Source: Octopus vulgaris (Eukaryota). Taken from it: DNA of 64,000 nt. This document shows positions 28,268 to 43,530 of the stretch, piece by piece (the first letter of the stretch is position 1; each line of letters begins with the position of its first letter). The DNA lies in the NCBI GenBank assembly GCA_951406725.2, contig OX597838.1:62001-126000 (forward strand), given 5' to 3'. A program made the position numbers and the translations under genes. The notes beneath the pieces are model-generated. The model was not told the DNA's origin. It did no database searches and worked only from the letters and a program-made list of their open reading frames with translations.

Positions 28268-28554
28268 TTTCAGGTGTGGCTGTGTGGTAACACACTTGGT
28301 TCCAAAACACATGGTCCTCAGTTCAGTCCCACTGTGTGGTAACTTGGCAAGTCTTCTGCTATAGCCTCAGGCCAACCAAAGCCTTGTCAGTGGATTTTGT
28401 AGACAGAAACTGAAAGAAATCAATTGTATATATATGTAAGTCTATGTGTGTCTCTTTGTGTTTCTCCCTCATCACTGCTTCACAACTGGTGTTCGTTTAT
28501 TTACATCCCCATAACTTACTGGTTTCACAAGAAGAAACTGATAGAATAAGTACC
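28268..28554 (+). mobile_element. tRNA-derived SINE, second family
   Basis: Copy of 21707-22010 including the upstream simple-repeat flank. Confidence 0.75.
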
Positions 28555-28777
28555 TATTTCTTTATTACCCACAAGGGGCTAAACATAGAGGGGACAAACA
28601 AGGACAGACATAGGTATTAAGTCGATTACATCGACACCAGTGCGTAACTTGTACTTAATTTATCAACCCCGAAAGGTTAAGTCGACCTCGGCGGAATTTG
28701 AACTCACAACGTAACAGCAGACGAAATACCGATAAGCGTTTCACCCGGCGTGCTAACGTTTCTGCCAGCTCGTCGCC
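28555..28777 (-). mobile_element. tRNA-derived SINE (same family as 53092)
   Basis: Colinear with 53092-53306. Confidence 0.85.
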
Positions 28778-29649
28778 TTTCTTTCATGTAAATATTAAAT
28801 CAGATATTTTCATAATGAAATTTTCGTAATAAGAAGTGGCCTCAACCGAGAATGGCAATCTCACGAATGTTGAAGTTTTACCTGATGGTGATTGGCAGAG
28901 GGAAGATAGCTGCGCATTCTGAATTTATGACAGTAAAATTTCAGAAAGTCTTTCACTTCAAAATGTCAACCTTTTGACATTCCTTCCCTACCCAAGTTTT
29001 TCTGGTAAATTTTTACATGTGTTGGAGGATGAATAATGGGTTCGATTGGGGCAAATCTTTACAAGTGCACCCACCAAAATTAACCAAAAATTTTCCTCGT
29101 AAATTTCTTATATAATCGTAATCTATACCGTTTGAAAAGTATTTGTATAAACTTTCATTGAAAGATACCCATTTTCCTGAAAGTTATGAGGAGAAAAATT
29201 TGGATCGTGTGAATCTTTCCCAAACAAAACAAAACAAAGTAAGTGATCACATAATGGTGCAACGAGCTAGTTACGAAAACGTAAGCGTTTAAACCTGCAT
29301 GAAACGCTGTTTGGTATCATTCAAACGGTTTCAATGTAGGCATTTGATACAATTTTGAACATCAGGCTCAATATAAACGTTACCGTGTGATGGAGTAAAT
29401 TTGAAACAGTCAGGTAAAGCACACACATTAACTTCTCTTTCTTTAGTTCCCTTCATGTGCAATAAAGTGCATACAGGGAGCTCAGCTTGTTACTGGATCC
29501 GTAGAACTACAATAAACACCGCCAATTTACACAGTAATTCAAAAGTGAAGATAGATAAGCAACTATTTTTTTTTCTACGAACAATCTCAGTGTATATTTC
29601 AAACTGACAACTGTCTTACTGTTATGTTAACGATCATTACTGTGTGTGT

Positions 29650-29701
<52 letters not shown>

Positions 29702-29733
29702 ATGTATGTATGTATGTATGTATTTATCTATCA

Positions 29734-29815
<82 letters not shown>

Positions 29816-29899
29816 GTCTGTCTGTCCGTCTGTCCGATATTTTATGTAGATACCGTCCCTAGTTACTTCCTCCATTGGGTCTTATAATAAGAAATCATC

Positions 29900-30225
29900 A
29901 TTACATTTTCCGGTTAACTTGGCTTGGAGGCCCCATCTAGCGATTCTTTCCTGCTATATTCTAATCACATGTCCATAGTGCCGGAGCTGTAACCTCTAGA
30001 GACTCTCTGATCTCCGAACTACGAACCCTGTTAAGTAACGTTACCCCAGAGATTCTTCGAAGGAACCTCATTTCGGTCGTTTCTTTTCTCGGTTGTACTC
30101 TTTTGGTCATCATCCAATATTCATGACCGTAAGTGAGGATAGGCACGTAAACCGAACTGAAGATAGCAACCTCTCCAATTCTGGCATCCAATTCCGTATC
30201 TTGCTTCCCGTTACTCATGAATAAA
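29900..30225 (-). mobile_element. RTE LINE 3' fragment
   Basis: YVPILTYGHEYW...EMRFLRRISGVTLLNRVRSSEIRESL. Confidence 0.75.
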
Positions 30226-30859
30226 GCTCTACGTGTGTTGTGGGGCCGTATGTGTTGTGTGCATGTATGTAAGTATGTGTATATACATATGTGTCTGCAC
30301 ACACATATATATACACATATATATAATATACATATATATTCATATGCATATATATGAATGTGTGTGTTTGTTACATCAGGGTAAAGAAAGATAAAAAAGC
30401 ATGAACTCTGCGCGCAAGCGTGTATAGGTTGGTAGCCTGTAGCCTGCTTTCGTTAATTGCATCTGCACCTTCACTCAACAAAACATTGATGAGGATGGAG
30501 GGAGAAGAGTCTGCAGCAGTACAAAGTTACTGATTCTCAGTTGTGTACAACCACAAGAAAAAACATAAAATTGCCTTGTTCGAGGAGACAACACGCCCTC
30601 CACCCAGTCCTGGAATCGAACTCATGATATGAGATCGTGAGTGCAGTATTAAAGCCAGGAAGCCACACCTCTTCACACACACACATACGCCCTCATTATA
30701 TATTTGTATATATTTGCGTAAATATAAATATAGATACACAGGCATGTATGTATGTATTTTTTTTTTATTTATATTTCAAAATTTCATATATTTTACATTC
30801 TTTACGCGTGTGTGAACTGCTCCACGTCGGATGCCAAAATGATACTTAATCACTCTGAG

Positions 30860-33800
30860 AAGCGTTCGGGTGTTGGTTTGGTGTCTGGCACAGGATAGAC
30901 CCTCCCTCATGGGCAAGTAAAAGCTCTTAAACCTTGGTTGGTAATCTACCTAGGAGAAGGAAATCGCCAAAATAAAACCTGAGGCCTTGGAAGTACCCGG
31001 GTTTTTCTCATGTCACACCGATTTTATGCCTTCTAGGGTCAATAGGTGGGGATAATGCAGTTCATGCGGCACCCACTGAAAAATTATTCATGTGCACAGG
31101 TACTTCTTGTACATCAAATATTGGTAACATCGTTGAAATGTTTGGCAGATACCTAAAAATGCGCGTGCATCTTACTCTGAAATGTCGCAAACAGCTTCAG
31201 TAAATGGCACAAAAGGCTTGGGAACAGGTCTAGCTCAGCAGGTGTCCCAATGTGTCACAGGCTGTCCCCGGTCGTCATCATGCCACTATGGCATGGTGAC
31301 GACAATTTTCAAGAAGAATAAAAAAAAAAAAGCATCTTCTGAATTTTGGCTGTTGGAGTGTGTGAACACTTTTACATGATGACTTCAAAAAGAAGCCAGA
31401 AAGGCGTACTACACTTATTGCATGTGAGCTCAAAAAATATTCCCTCGATATAGTTGCGCTCTCTGAAACTCGTCTCTCGAGTGAGAGTCAAATAAATTAA
31501 CCTATTTATGGATATACTATCTTCTGGGAAGCCTACTTGAGTGTCAGCGTAGAGAATTTGGTGTTGGGTTTGCTCTCACGAATTCATTGTTAATCTCCAT
31601 TGCAGAATTTCCAAGAGGTGTATCTGAAAGAACCATGTTATGCCGTATAAAACTGACAAAAGGTGGGTTTCTTACCATTGTCAGTAATTATTCACCAACA
31701 ATGTCTCATTCTGATGAAACTGTAGCACAGTTCTATGATGATCTAGCATAATTATTGAGGAAAGTACCAACTTCCGATAAACTGGTCGTATTAGGAGCTT
31801 TCAACGCAAGGGCTGGAAATGGCTACATTTCATGGCCTGTTTTAGGCGACATGGGATTAGGAAATGTCATAAAAATGGAGTTGCTCTTTTGATGTTTTGT
31901 ACTGAAAATAACCTGGTTCTTACCAACACTGTTTAAACATAAAAATAAATATAAAACTACCTGGATGCACCCAAGATCCAAAAACTGGCATTTCATAGAT
32001 TTTGATCAGAAAGCGTGAAATAAAAGATGTTTCTTGTGTTCGGGCCATGAAAGGAGCAGAGAGCTGAACTGACCGTCGTCTAGTGTGTGGAAAAATAAAT
32101 TTTTGGCTAATGCCTAAAAGTCGACAGTCTGGTCCTAAGGTACCCAAAAAGCTAAATGTTGCAAATTTCAAATTATCAAGCAACTTGCAAAGATTCCAAG
32201 ATGCCATACAAAGTGTCGCTCTTGATCCAAACAATCTATGGGAAGATTTCAAAACAAAAGTATTTCAGGCTCAAGTTTCTCAGTGGGATTTGAACATCAT
32301 AAGTCCAGTGATTGGTTTTCTGAGAAATCACCAAAAATTCATGATCTGCTTTTAGAAAAACAAAATTTATGCAACACACTTGTTTCTCAGTCTTTGAACC
32401 CCAACTCAAATGAAGCTTATAGAAAGCTGAAAGGGCAAGTGCAGACTGCTCAAAGGAAAATTAAACAGGAATGGTGGAATAACAGGACCAAGGGAGCGCA
32501 AAAAGCAGCTGACAGAAATGATGCCAAGGGTTTGTACTCTTATGTTAAGGGAGTATATGGTCCACAATCTTATTCAATAGTGCCAGTAAGAACAGAAAAT
32601 GGACATTTGCTACTGACTGACACCGCTTCTATTCATAAGCGCTGAGTAGAACATTTTTCTGCACTTTGAATAGACCATAATCTGTTGACATGAGGACGAT
32701 AGAAAAAATCGAACACCTTCCAGTTATAGAGGAGATGGCATTTGAACCAGCTCTAAATGGCATTTATTTAGCTGTGAATAAGCTGAATAACAATGTTTCC
32801 AGGGTCTGATGGAATCTATGCAGAGGTCTTAAAAGAGAGAAGTGACAAAATGTTCGAACTCTTAAATATATTAATTTGTCACTGTTGGGGAACAGAGGAA
32901 GTGCTTCAAAACTGGAATGATGCCATATTAGTCTCCTTGTATAAATCAGGGCCAAAGGATTTGTGTAGTAATTTTCGTGGGATTTCGCTTGTCTGTAATT
33001 GGAAATATTTTGTTAGAACGTTTAAATTCCTTTATAGTTCCAAATATAGTGTCTGAGTCTCAATTTGGTTTTCGTTCCTCCAGGGGCACAGTTGATTGTG
33101 TCTTTACTATTAGACAATTTCAGGAAAAGGGCATTGAACAGAATCTTACTTTATATCATTGCTTTGTTGATATAAGGAAGACATGCGATACTGTTAATCA
33201 AAATGCCCTGTGGCTAATTGTAAGGAAAATAGGTTTCCCAGGAAAATTTCTAAACATGAACCGGGCTTTGTATCAAGATATGAAGGCTAGAGTTAATTTT
33301 GGTGGTAGGCTTTCTGAAACTTTTGTCGTGGAAAATGGAGTAAAGCAAGGAGACCTTGATGTACTTAGCCTCTTGGCATTATACTTTGCTGTTATGCTGT
33401 CACACGCTTTTCAAAACCCCGAGGAGGGTATTTACATAAAATATCGAACAACAGGGAATGTTTTTAATCTGATCAGACTGAAATTCAAAACAAAGGTTTT
33501 TACGATATTCATTAGGGAACTCCTATACACTGACGATTGCGATCTAGTCAGTCACTATGAAACAGGCCTGTAATCTCTTGTATCTGCATTTGACTCAGGT
33601 GGTGGTGTTTGTAACACCGCTAAAATTTTCGTTAAGAGCAAGTTACTTGAGGTTGTTGACTCTGTCATCGATCTCGGAAGCTCTGTACAACGAATTCAAA
33701 GAGCAGCCCAAGCATTTGGTGGTTTGGGAGTCGCATGTTTGGCGCCAACGACATATAAATAACAGCACAAAATTGGCTTTTTACAAATCGTTTGTCTTAC

Positions 33801-34030
33801 CATCCCTGTTGTATTCCTCTGAAACATAGACCTGTTACGAAAGACATCTAAAATTGCTAGAAGGGTTCCATCAAAAATGCCGTCACCGCATTTTAAATAT
33901 CAAATGGGACTTTACTCCAGACAGAGGTGTCCTTGCATCTGCAGACATCATTTCACTTAAATCAAAGCTATTGAAAAATCAAATGAGATAGTCTGGCTAC
34001 ATTGTTCGAACGGCATAATGACCTGGAAAT
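30860..34030 (+). mobile_element. Decayed near full-length RTE (BovB-like) LINE
   Basis: APE motifs (DIVALSETRL, TWMHPRSK), ESQFGFRSSRGTVD, GVKQG, ELLYTDD, LLYSSET. Many frameshifts. Confidence 0.85.
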
Positions 34031-34064
34031 TTTGAGCAGTATGAACGGCCATGAATAGGTACAT

Positions 34065-34800
34065 ATAACCGTCTTCAAAGAATTCGGCCTAAATATAAGT
34101 GCTACCACTAACTTGACAAAAGCTGACGTTTTGGATGTCATTCTCGACCTAAAATCGATGAAATACTACAGATTCAAGAGGCCTAATGAAGAACCTGTTT
34201 ATATCCATAGGAACTCCAAACACATCCAGGTGTAATTAGAGATCTAATCACAAATATCAAGTGAAAAATCCATAATTTACTGGCAGGCAGTGGGATTTTC
34301 AGTTGGGCAGTGTACTGTTATAATAAGGTAGTAGAGAGAAATGAATTCACTGGGTGTATACAAAGGATTCCCAACCCACCCTAAACCGTAAAAGTGTTAG
34401 AAAGGAAAAGATAATCTAGTTCATCTACCACAAATTCAATCTAGATGGCTCCACATATACGCTTATCTAATTAGCGTCTTTCCATTCCCAATAAGACAGA
34501 GTTTCCCAAACATCCACAACTACGACAATGCCTTTAATACCAATAACTTTAAGCTTAGCTATTCAAGCCTAGATATTCGCCTCTAACATTGATGCTACAA
34601 CAAAAAATATATGCATTCGCCCAGACTCCACCTTATATTTCTCTCTGTAACTATTGAAAATCTTCTTGTTGCTTGCTGAGATGTTCTTGCCTTTTAAAAG
34701 GCTGTGGGTTCAAAAGCTACCCTCACAGTCCAATAGCATTACGACAAACTATATGGGTCTAGCGGCAAATGATTTCAACTGATGAAGTATTCCATCAAAT
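34065..34800 (+). pseudogene. Decayed Penelope-like RT/EN remnant
   Basis: FKEFGLNISATTNLTKADVLDVILDLKSMKYYRFKRPNEEPVYIH aligns to FNRMGMSIVFDNELTKVNFLDVTLDLHSDSYCPYHKP of the 57973 ORF. Confidence 0.7.
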
Positions 34801-35360
34801 GGAAGGACAAGAAAATTTCGCCTCACTGTCATACTTTACCTGAAGACTTCCCAACATTATATAAGCCATCCTTGAGAAGGCTCTTCCCCATTCACCTTGA
34901 ACTCATTATCCATCAACTAACCGATACTATCAGAAAAAGTTACCTCACTAGTGGAACAGCGACATCATATCTCTATGTGAATACTAGATGAGAGACAGCT
35001 GTGACATGATATATAGTAGTCAGAAATTCCAGTGAGGTTATAAAAGTTCAATAAAATTTGTAGAACAGTATTAGAAATTAATGGCCCAAATTTCATTGAA
35101 TCTTTTAATATTTTATTGAAATTCATAGCGAAAACAAGGCTCCAACTCCCATGCATTTTGCAAGAGTTTCTTCAGCTCAGTAGCCGTCAGCCAGTTGCTA
35201 TTAACTCCTAGCAGTCGCCAATTTACAGGCTCCATCAGCTGATCCACTCTTGACACTTGAAATTTATTAAGCAATACAGATCTGAGTTACACAGTTAACA
35301 GAAATATTTAACTTCCCTGTGTCCCGAGTACTCTTCTCTTTCCTTTGTACAATTGTGTGC

Positions 35361-35420
<60 letters not shown>

Positions 35421-35482
35421 GTGTTTCTCCCCACTCTCCTTCTCTGTTTCACTCTTTCTTTTTCACGTGTGTGTATGTGTGT

Positions 35483-35521
<39 letters not shown>

Positions 35522-36265
35522 TATTAGGAATTTAAACACTCCGTTAACTGAAGGAGTTAATATCGCTTTATAACGCTCTCCAATCAGGGTAATGGCAATT
35601 TCTAAAACCATGCACCAAGTGTCAGATTTATTGAGGACGAATACTCGACTACTACGCCTGCTCCATTAAATATCTGTTACTTATTTGCGGAATCCCTCAT
35701 TGAATATATGGCAAAGTCGAGCTCAATATGATTTGAAAACAGAGCATAGGACTCACGGAACATTTGACTTATAGATAAATGATTTCTCTTTCATTTGGCA
35801 CAAGGTCATCATTTGTAGAAAGTAGTAAGAAAAAGTTACTATATTAGTATGATTTTGTATTTCCGGTAGACAACAAAACAAGGAGAATTGCAGTATGTAT
35901 TAATTAGTCAATCTTCTGTGATAATATATATGTAACGAAATCCTTTTCTGTTGCAGATAGAGAACAAAGAGTATAAAGCTGAAGGAGAGAAGCGGCCGGA
36001 AGACAGCAGAGTGGGTTATACTAAGGAATTGCGGAGGCAAAGTATGGGTAAAAGGTCACATTAGAATAGACGATAGTAAGGTGTAGATGACAGTGGTGGT
36101 TCTTGGGGTAGAGGTTTTGATAGTAGGGTGGGTAACAAAGGATTACAGTAGGGTGAGTGACCGTAGAAGCTGTGACAGTTGGGTGGGTGCCAATAGAGGT
36201 TGGGTCAATAGAGATTTTAATTGCAGGGAGAAAATAAAAATGGGTACATTTAATAGTGTGTAGTT

Positions 36266-36331
<66 letters not shown>

Positions 36332-36397
36332 CGATTGTACAATTTACTATACTAGTACCAGTAGCAGAACACTCACACGCACCAAGGTTCAATCAAA

Positions 36398-37332
36398 ATG
36401 AATCGACGTTTAGATAAAGGAGAACAACAGATGATTCACTACCAACAGGCACTTGGTAGTGCCTTTCGTGAAACCAGCTCACAACTGAATAAATACAAAA
36501 AGACACTATTTTGGCAGAGCAGAAAATACTATCGCCTGAAGACAGAAGGAGAAGAGTTGGACCTAGTTTTGTCTATTTGTCGATCATATAAAATACCACC
36601 ACTAGAACAAGCTATGATAAACGCTTTGCAACAACTAGAAAACAGTTACATGGATGGAGTCAACGGACAAATGACACCAGAACAAAGAGCCACACTCGAC
36701 AAATGCCTGAAAATTTCAAAGACAAAACTTCATGAAGACGAACGTGATGCGGAATTGTCTGAAGAAATAATATCAGTAGTAAAGAGATATATTCACTTAA
36801 TGGAAAACCGGCTTCAGGTGAAGACTGTTGAATTTGGAAAACAATACACAGAACTGTCAAAACTACGAGCGGAATTGTCTTCTCTGCAGTGTAGACTGAC
36901 TACCTTCGAAGCGATGTGTTCCCGCCTTGACGCTTTACACAATGATGCTAGTTTCAGAATGCAAAAGCTGGTGAGGGTCTCTTCAAATGCACATCGTAAA
37001 AAAGAAGAAGCTAACACAAAAATTGTCAGCCTCAACGAACGAATTGAACACAATGAAAACCTTTATAGATTTGAAATGAACGAAATTGATAGGAATGCTT
37101 TCAACGCGATGAATTTTGAAGAATTCATTTCGGTGTTGGTGCAGGAGCGAGAAGTGTATTCACTAGATATTTATTTGAAGAAAAATGAGAAAGAATTGGC
37201 CACACGGCGTCGACAGCTAAATGAATACATGAAAGCATTTTCTAAGATCAAAGAAGTTAGCGGGTATCTTGACATAAAATCAACAATAAGTCGCTTTCAA
37301 AACAAGAGGAGTGACAACTTTTCACTTTTTAG
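36398..37332 (+). CDS. ODAD1/CCDC114/CCDC63-like coiled-coil protein, paralogue B, coding exon 1
   Basis: 312-codon frame colinear with paralogue A (FR...QLN...KTL.WQ, IHLMENRLQVKTVEFG, FEMNEIDR, NFSLFR). Donor AG|gtaagt at 37332/37333, phase 2. Confidence 0.85.
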
Positions 37333-37591
37333 GTAAGTATTATTTAATTTCCTGTCTAATTACGTTTGTACAACTAGCAAAGTCTTCTGAGTTTGCGTAG
37401 TTTTACTTTATCATACAAACTTACCTTTGGCGTGTTAATGAGACATTTCCATTGGAGTATTCTCCAGTCTGTCAATGCATCAGCAAACCCACCTGTCTTC
37501 CTACTTACCCATTTATCTATCACTCTACGTATATGTCTGTCTACTTATTTTCACACACACACAAACACACACACACACACACACACACATG

Positions 37592-38400
37592 CATAAAATA
37601 TTTATAGCATGTTTAAATCTCTTCCTCCAAGACCATTGTGAAAGCAATAACATCATCACAGCAGAACAAGCATCTGGGAAGAAGGGAGTCTGAGGATGTG
37701 TCGAGCAACTGCTAATACACAAAACTGTAATGTCAGAGGTGCGGGAGCATAGGAGGAATCCTATTCCAATGTGGCTGGAATACAAGAAAGCCTTTGACTC
37801 TTTCCCCGACTCATGGATGCTAGAAGCGTTTCGACTCGCTGTGAACATAATCATATCTGACCTTACTTCATCACAGGCTACCATCTTGAAGTTAAATACA
37901 TGGAGTGATTGTATTATCACTGACTGAGTACAGTATCGTAGAGGTATACTCCAAGGAGAATATATTTTTCGGTGATATTGTTTATACTTTCTGTAAACCT
38001 CTTGTCATTCATATTAAGGAAGCCTGAAGAGTATCTCACTGATTCACAAGGAAACAGAAGTACCAAAATTATATATTGTTTCTTTGTGGATGACTTGAAT
38101 CTATATGCAATGAATATACATGAGATGGAAAAGAGCCTTGACCTAGTTACAACATTCTCAAAGGACACAGAATTGGAGTTTGGCCAAGATAAATGTTGCT
38201 AAAGGTTTGTGAAAGAGGGAAACAGTAAACCACATTAACAACATCTCCATCAGTCACTTAACTGTTTCCTCTGTATCTGACGAGGAATATTACAGGTAAC
38301 TTGGGGTGGATTAAAACATATCTTACGATGGCACCTGTAATAAGGTACATGTCACTAAAGAATATTCCAGCCGAATAAAGAAAATGTAGACCTCGGAACT
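37592..38400 (+). mobile_element. R4/Dong-like RT fragment
   Basis: ITAEQASGKKGV*GCVEQLLI, WLEYKKAFDS, FFVDDLNLY, LEFGQDKC. Confidence 0.72.
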
Positions 38401-38564
38401 GTGCAAATTGCACTTCATATTCCTGGCTCCGATGAAGCTATAAGGCGTTATTCAGGCACTTAACTACGAGTCCACTGCCACCTATAGCAGAAACTACAAC
38501 TGTAACTATATAGCAGAAATCTCTCGTGGAAGCGTCATCCAATCAAAGTACAAATAAATGGGAA

Positions 38565-38830
38565 ATTACCACCTGTATCATCTCTTGTGAAAGGTAGAAG
38601 AGTCCAGTTTGCTGGACATTGTTCTAGAGCTGAAAACGAGGTAATTTCTACTCTTCTCCTCTGGAAGCCATCTGCTCGCGATACCAGAGGGTGCACACTC
38701 TCCTACCCTGATGTAATCTCCAGGGATACAGGCATCCCGCAACAGGACCTCCGTAATGCTATGATGGACTGTGAAGTCTGGCGTAACATAGTGAATTCCA
38801 TTGTCTCGACCACGCTCGAACAATGATGAT
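38565..38830 (+). mobile_element. RTE LINE extreme 3' end
   Basis: RRVQFAGHC...LLLWKP...AMMD.EVWR, then a (TGA)n-like tail. Confidence 0.75.
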
Positions 38831-39368
38831 AGCAGAAACCGCTGTAATCTAATGACGTTCATAAAAAAATTCTTTATTCCTTTCTCATCTCATCTACTTA
38901 CACGCGCGCGCACGCACACACACATCACTGTATCGCCCAGACTATCGGATTATACACCGCTGGTTACGATGCGCTTCTCATATTGTAGGTTTCGAATGAT
39001 GCCAACTCACTGGGTAGTAGGTCAGGTCAATGTTACCCCTGAGCAAATGCCAGTCCGTGCTATTTACAGCTGTGAGACCTGGGGCAACGTGAAATGAAAT
39101 GTTTTGCTCAGTAACACAACGCATCACAGGTCTGGGGAGTGTAACCACGATCTTGCGAGCAACTTCCCCACAAATAGACAACGCACTTTCATACACAGCA
39201 AACACACATGCGTGCGCGCTATAATAAGTCCTGGGCATCACTACTCGGGGAACAGAAGTCATTCGGGATAAAAATTTCAGCGTTTGATTGTCAAGTGGTA
39301 AAAACAATGAATGCAATAAATTGATATTTGATTTGACCGGAAACCAAACAAAATGTGTTCTGCTTTAA

Positions 39369-39431
<63 letters not shown>

Positions 39432-39478
39432 GCATACACACACACACATATACACACACGCATACACATATACACACG

Positions 39479-39522
<44 letters not shown>

Positions 39523-39939
39523 CACACGCATACACACACACACACACACATATACACACACGCATACACATATACACACGCACACACACACACACACACA
39601 CATGCACGCGAACATATATTAATGCTTGTTTTTATGTGAAGGTATTTAACATTAAACTAAATGATTACTCAATATTGTTTAAAAGAGTTTGTACATAGCA
39701 ATTTTTACATAAAAAAGATTGGCAGTGACTTCATCGTCATCAGACAAAATTTGGTTGCAATAACCTGTAGGATAATATTCACATCTAGATAGTGTAACGC
39801 AGTGAATACCAATAAAAGGGATAAGAAAATATTCTACAGATTTGTATAAGACAGACGATAGAGTGTTCCTTACCTTGTTTTAAATAATTGTGGCGGAAGT
39901 CCACTTTAGGCCGAGTACAAAAAAACATCCCAGATATTC

Positions 39940-40143
39940 GTTTCGAATTTTGGCAGAAGGTCAATAATTTCGTGATGGGTATAAGTCAATTCCAACGGCC
40001 CCAGAGCTCAACTGGTACTTATTTCATCGACCCCAAAAGGATGAAAGGCAAAGTCAACCCTGTTGGTGTTCGAATATAAAGTCGCAAGAAATGCTGCTAA
40101 GCATTTTTTTCCGATGAGGTGACGATTCTACCATCTCGCTGCC
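39940..40143 (-). mobile_element. Diverged tRNA-derived SINE
   Basis: CAACTGGTACTTATTTCATCGACCCC..AGGATGAAAGGCAAAGTC core. Confidence 0.7.
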
Positions 40144-40878
40144 TTAAATCACATCCTAGATATTGGCAGTATCTCTTAGCACTAGTTTTCTTGTCCCTGG
40201 TGATTTCTAAGATAGGTAATTAGTTTAGACTGCAACTTGCAGCTCGTACGGTATGCTGGACGGTTCATACGGTATGCTGGAGAGTTTGGTAAATTTGGGA
40301 GATATGATTTGTTTAGATCACCTAATTTAGATAAACAGGGAAGCACTATTATCCCTAGAGAGGACTTCACGGTCATTGAGGTGTTGCAGAATTTTTCTTT
40401 AATCATAGTTTTGATAAAAAGCGACCAATATCACAAACTGTCTAGCTGCAGGTTTGAAAACACATACTTGCGGCTGGTCAAGCCTGTACGTTTTACTACT
40501 GTCCATTGTGTGTTTTCCAAGGAGTTCCTCTCGTGAAATAGAAAATAGTGAGTAAAGCATTCACTTTTCGGATAAATAGCTTTCCTCCCGATGGCCTAGC
40601 ATCTAGTTGGAGACAACTAGAAGTAGGCTCATCCTCAGATTTTACATCTGAGTATTCTTCTAGACAGATAAAGAAAAACAAGAACTAGAGGTCCATCACT
40701 TCAAGCTGATCTTGGGGTTCCCTTGTTGTTAGTTAGGCATTGACCTAACATTGCTTCTCAGCCGTGCTTTTGGTAAGTATTTTTCGTTTCCTACTGGACA
40801 AGTCAAGTCTGGTGGAGGAGTTAGTTTGGTAACCGACGATCTAACTTCGCAACACGTCGTTACCAGTAGTATTCTTGA

Positions 40879-40969
<91 letters not shown>

Positions 40970-41011
40970 CGTGTGCGTGTGTGTTTATAATCTTCTGTCC
41001 ATTTCTTTCAG

Positions 41012-41480
41012 GTTTCTGGTGGAAATTCACTCCGAAATTGGAAACCTCAATGCAGAAATGAACATTTTGCTTCCCATCATTGCTAAAAAACAACAGACAT
41101 ACCTGCATGACCATGCAGTGTTGCGTAGGACTCTGCATAATATTCAGAATTTGGACCAGGATGAGGTTGAAGCAGCCGACAGTGAGGCGGATGAAATAGA
41201 GCAGTCAAAGGAAGCTTTAATAGAATTTAAACTTGAACTGATAGAGTTAATGGAAGTCATAGGTAGCGATGTAAGCACCTTGAAAAATATCGATGATATT
41301 GTGTCCAACACGAAATTGATCAAGCAGTCTATAATAGATATCCATGAGAAAGTGAATCAATTGGTGCAACTAAAGATGTACTATGATCGACATAAACTGT
41401 CACAGAACGTGTATGATCCGAACGCATATCGAAAGCATCACACCCTGGTTTCAACTCCTACATTAACGTTCCTGGAGTGA
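41012..41480 (+). CDS. ODAD1/CCDC63-like paralogue B, coding exon 2
   Basis: Polypyrimidine acceptor atttctttcag|G at 41011/41012 gives NFSLFR-FLVEIHSEIG...LTFLE*. It aligns to exon 2 of paralogue A (LIELME, IID...K.NQ). The spliced CDS is 1404 nt (467 aa). AATAAA near 41724. Confidence 0.8.
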
Positions 41481-41983
41481 TGAAGAGAAACAATATGGAG
41501 AGCAGCTGCAAGTTTAAGAAAAGGGGGAGGAAAAAATTATACATTGAGATATGTATTATATTGACAAACATGTGCAGAGCCTATATGTGTCTATGTATAG
41601 GAGTACATATGTGTGTGTGTGTATTTATGTATTCACACGTATTATGCACACACACACACACATATGCACACACACATACATACATACATACACACAGGTG
41701 TTCTATTATTTTTAGATTTCTTTAATAAAAGGACAATTTGAATTCAGTGGTGTTTGGAATTTGGTGTCATTCGTGAGAAGAACTGGATTCTGTCGTTTGG
41801 TTCGGTGATATTCTCCGAATATCATTAAAAATATTACATTTCTTCATTTGATAGCACAGCTTACCAATCACACTTTCCTTCTACTATTGTTTTGTCTTTA
41901 TTTGAAGTTAGGCAACGGCAACAACTAAGTGAAATTTGTTTGTCAGAAAGTGTTAAAAGCATTGACAAAGTTATCATATTGTT

Positions 41984-42042
<59 letters not shown>

Positions 42043-42326
42043 GAATGAGATTAAAAAAAACCATGGGTGTGAAGATTTAGAACATTTATAAATGTTCTAA
42101 ATCTTCACAGCCTTGTTTGTTTGTTTTTTTATCACATTCTGAAAAAAAAAATTTTTATGATAATGTATACACATGCTAATATATGCCGTACGTTGGACTC
42201 CTTATTCACAGAATACGTTGGACTCCTTAATCACAGGACCTGGAGCTTAACTATGGTCTATGCATAGCATTTACTCAGCATTACCTGACACCTTTGGGTC
42301 TTATTGACACAATTACCTCTTATAAC

Positions 42327-42762
<436 letters not shown>

Positions 42763-43173
42763 ATCTCTATATATAAAACTAAAATGCGTTTTTACCGCTT
42801 GGATCGCTTTCAATGCCACTACATCCCGTCTGATTCGCTCCAAAATTTACAGGGACATGTAGAATGAGGTGACGATGCCTGTGGGCTACCTTAGAAATCC
42901 ATGTCTTGAAAGGTGTGGTGGCTAGGGGCCATCTTATTCACTCACGCTATTTCCTCCTTTCCCTCTCTTACTCCCCTTTATTTATAACTTTCCGAAGTCC
43001 ACTCCCGTTATTTAATGTATTCCCCTCAACTCCCTTTCACTTTCCCTTTATAAGTTCGTCAGACGGCTTTCTTTGATGTATCTGTCTGCATTCATAGGGA
43101 GAATTATCATCGCTACCAACAACACACAATCATGAGAACAAAGATTATGAATCAGATATTCATTGCGTTCATT

Positions 43174-43221
<48 letters not shown>

Positions 43222-43498
43222 GATATATAAATATGTATATATAATGTATATATACAAAGTGTATATATCTGTATTTATGTATATTAAACTTTTTAATACT
43301 TTTTGATAGTTATATATATTTTTAAACAAATTATAAATATAATTTAATAATTTTTATTTTAAATTTAAATAATTTAAATTTTTCTATTTTATATATTATA
43401 TTTTTATTTTTATGTTTGTTTTTTTTTTGCCTATTAGTGGTTTTATCTCTAATTTAATTTATACATATATATATATAATTTGTATATATAATGCGTGC

Positions 43499-43530
<32 letters not shown>

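Noticed and set aside
37592-38400. R4-like elements in both paralogue introns as an ancestral shared insertion
   Set aside because: They have opposite orientation and cover different element regions, so independent insertions are more likely.
40828-40870. Hairpin GGTAAC.GACG...CGTCGTTACC as a Helitron end
   Set aside because: No CTAG/CTRR terminus or matching 5' end was identified.
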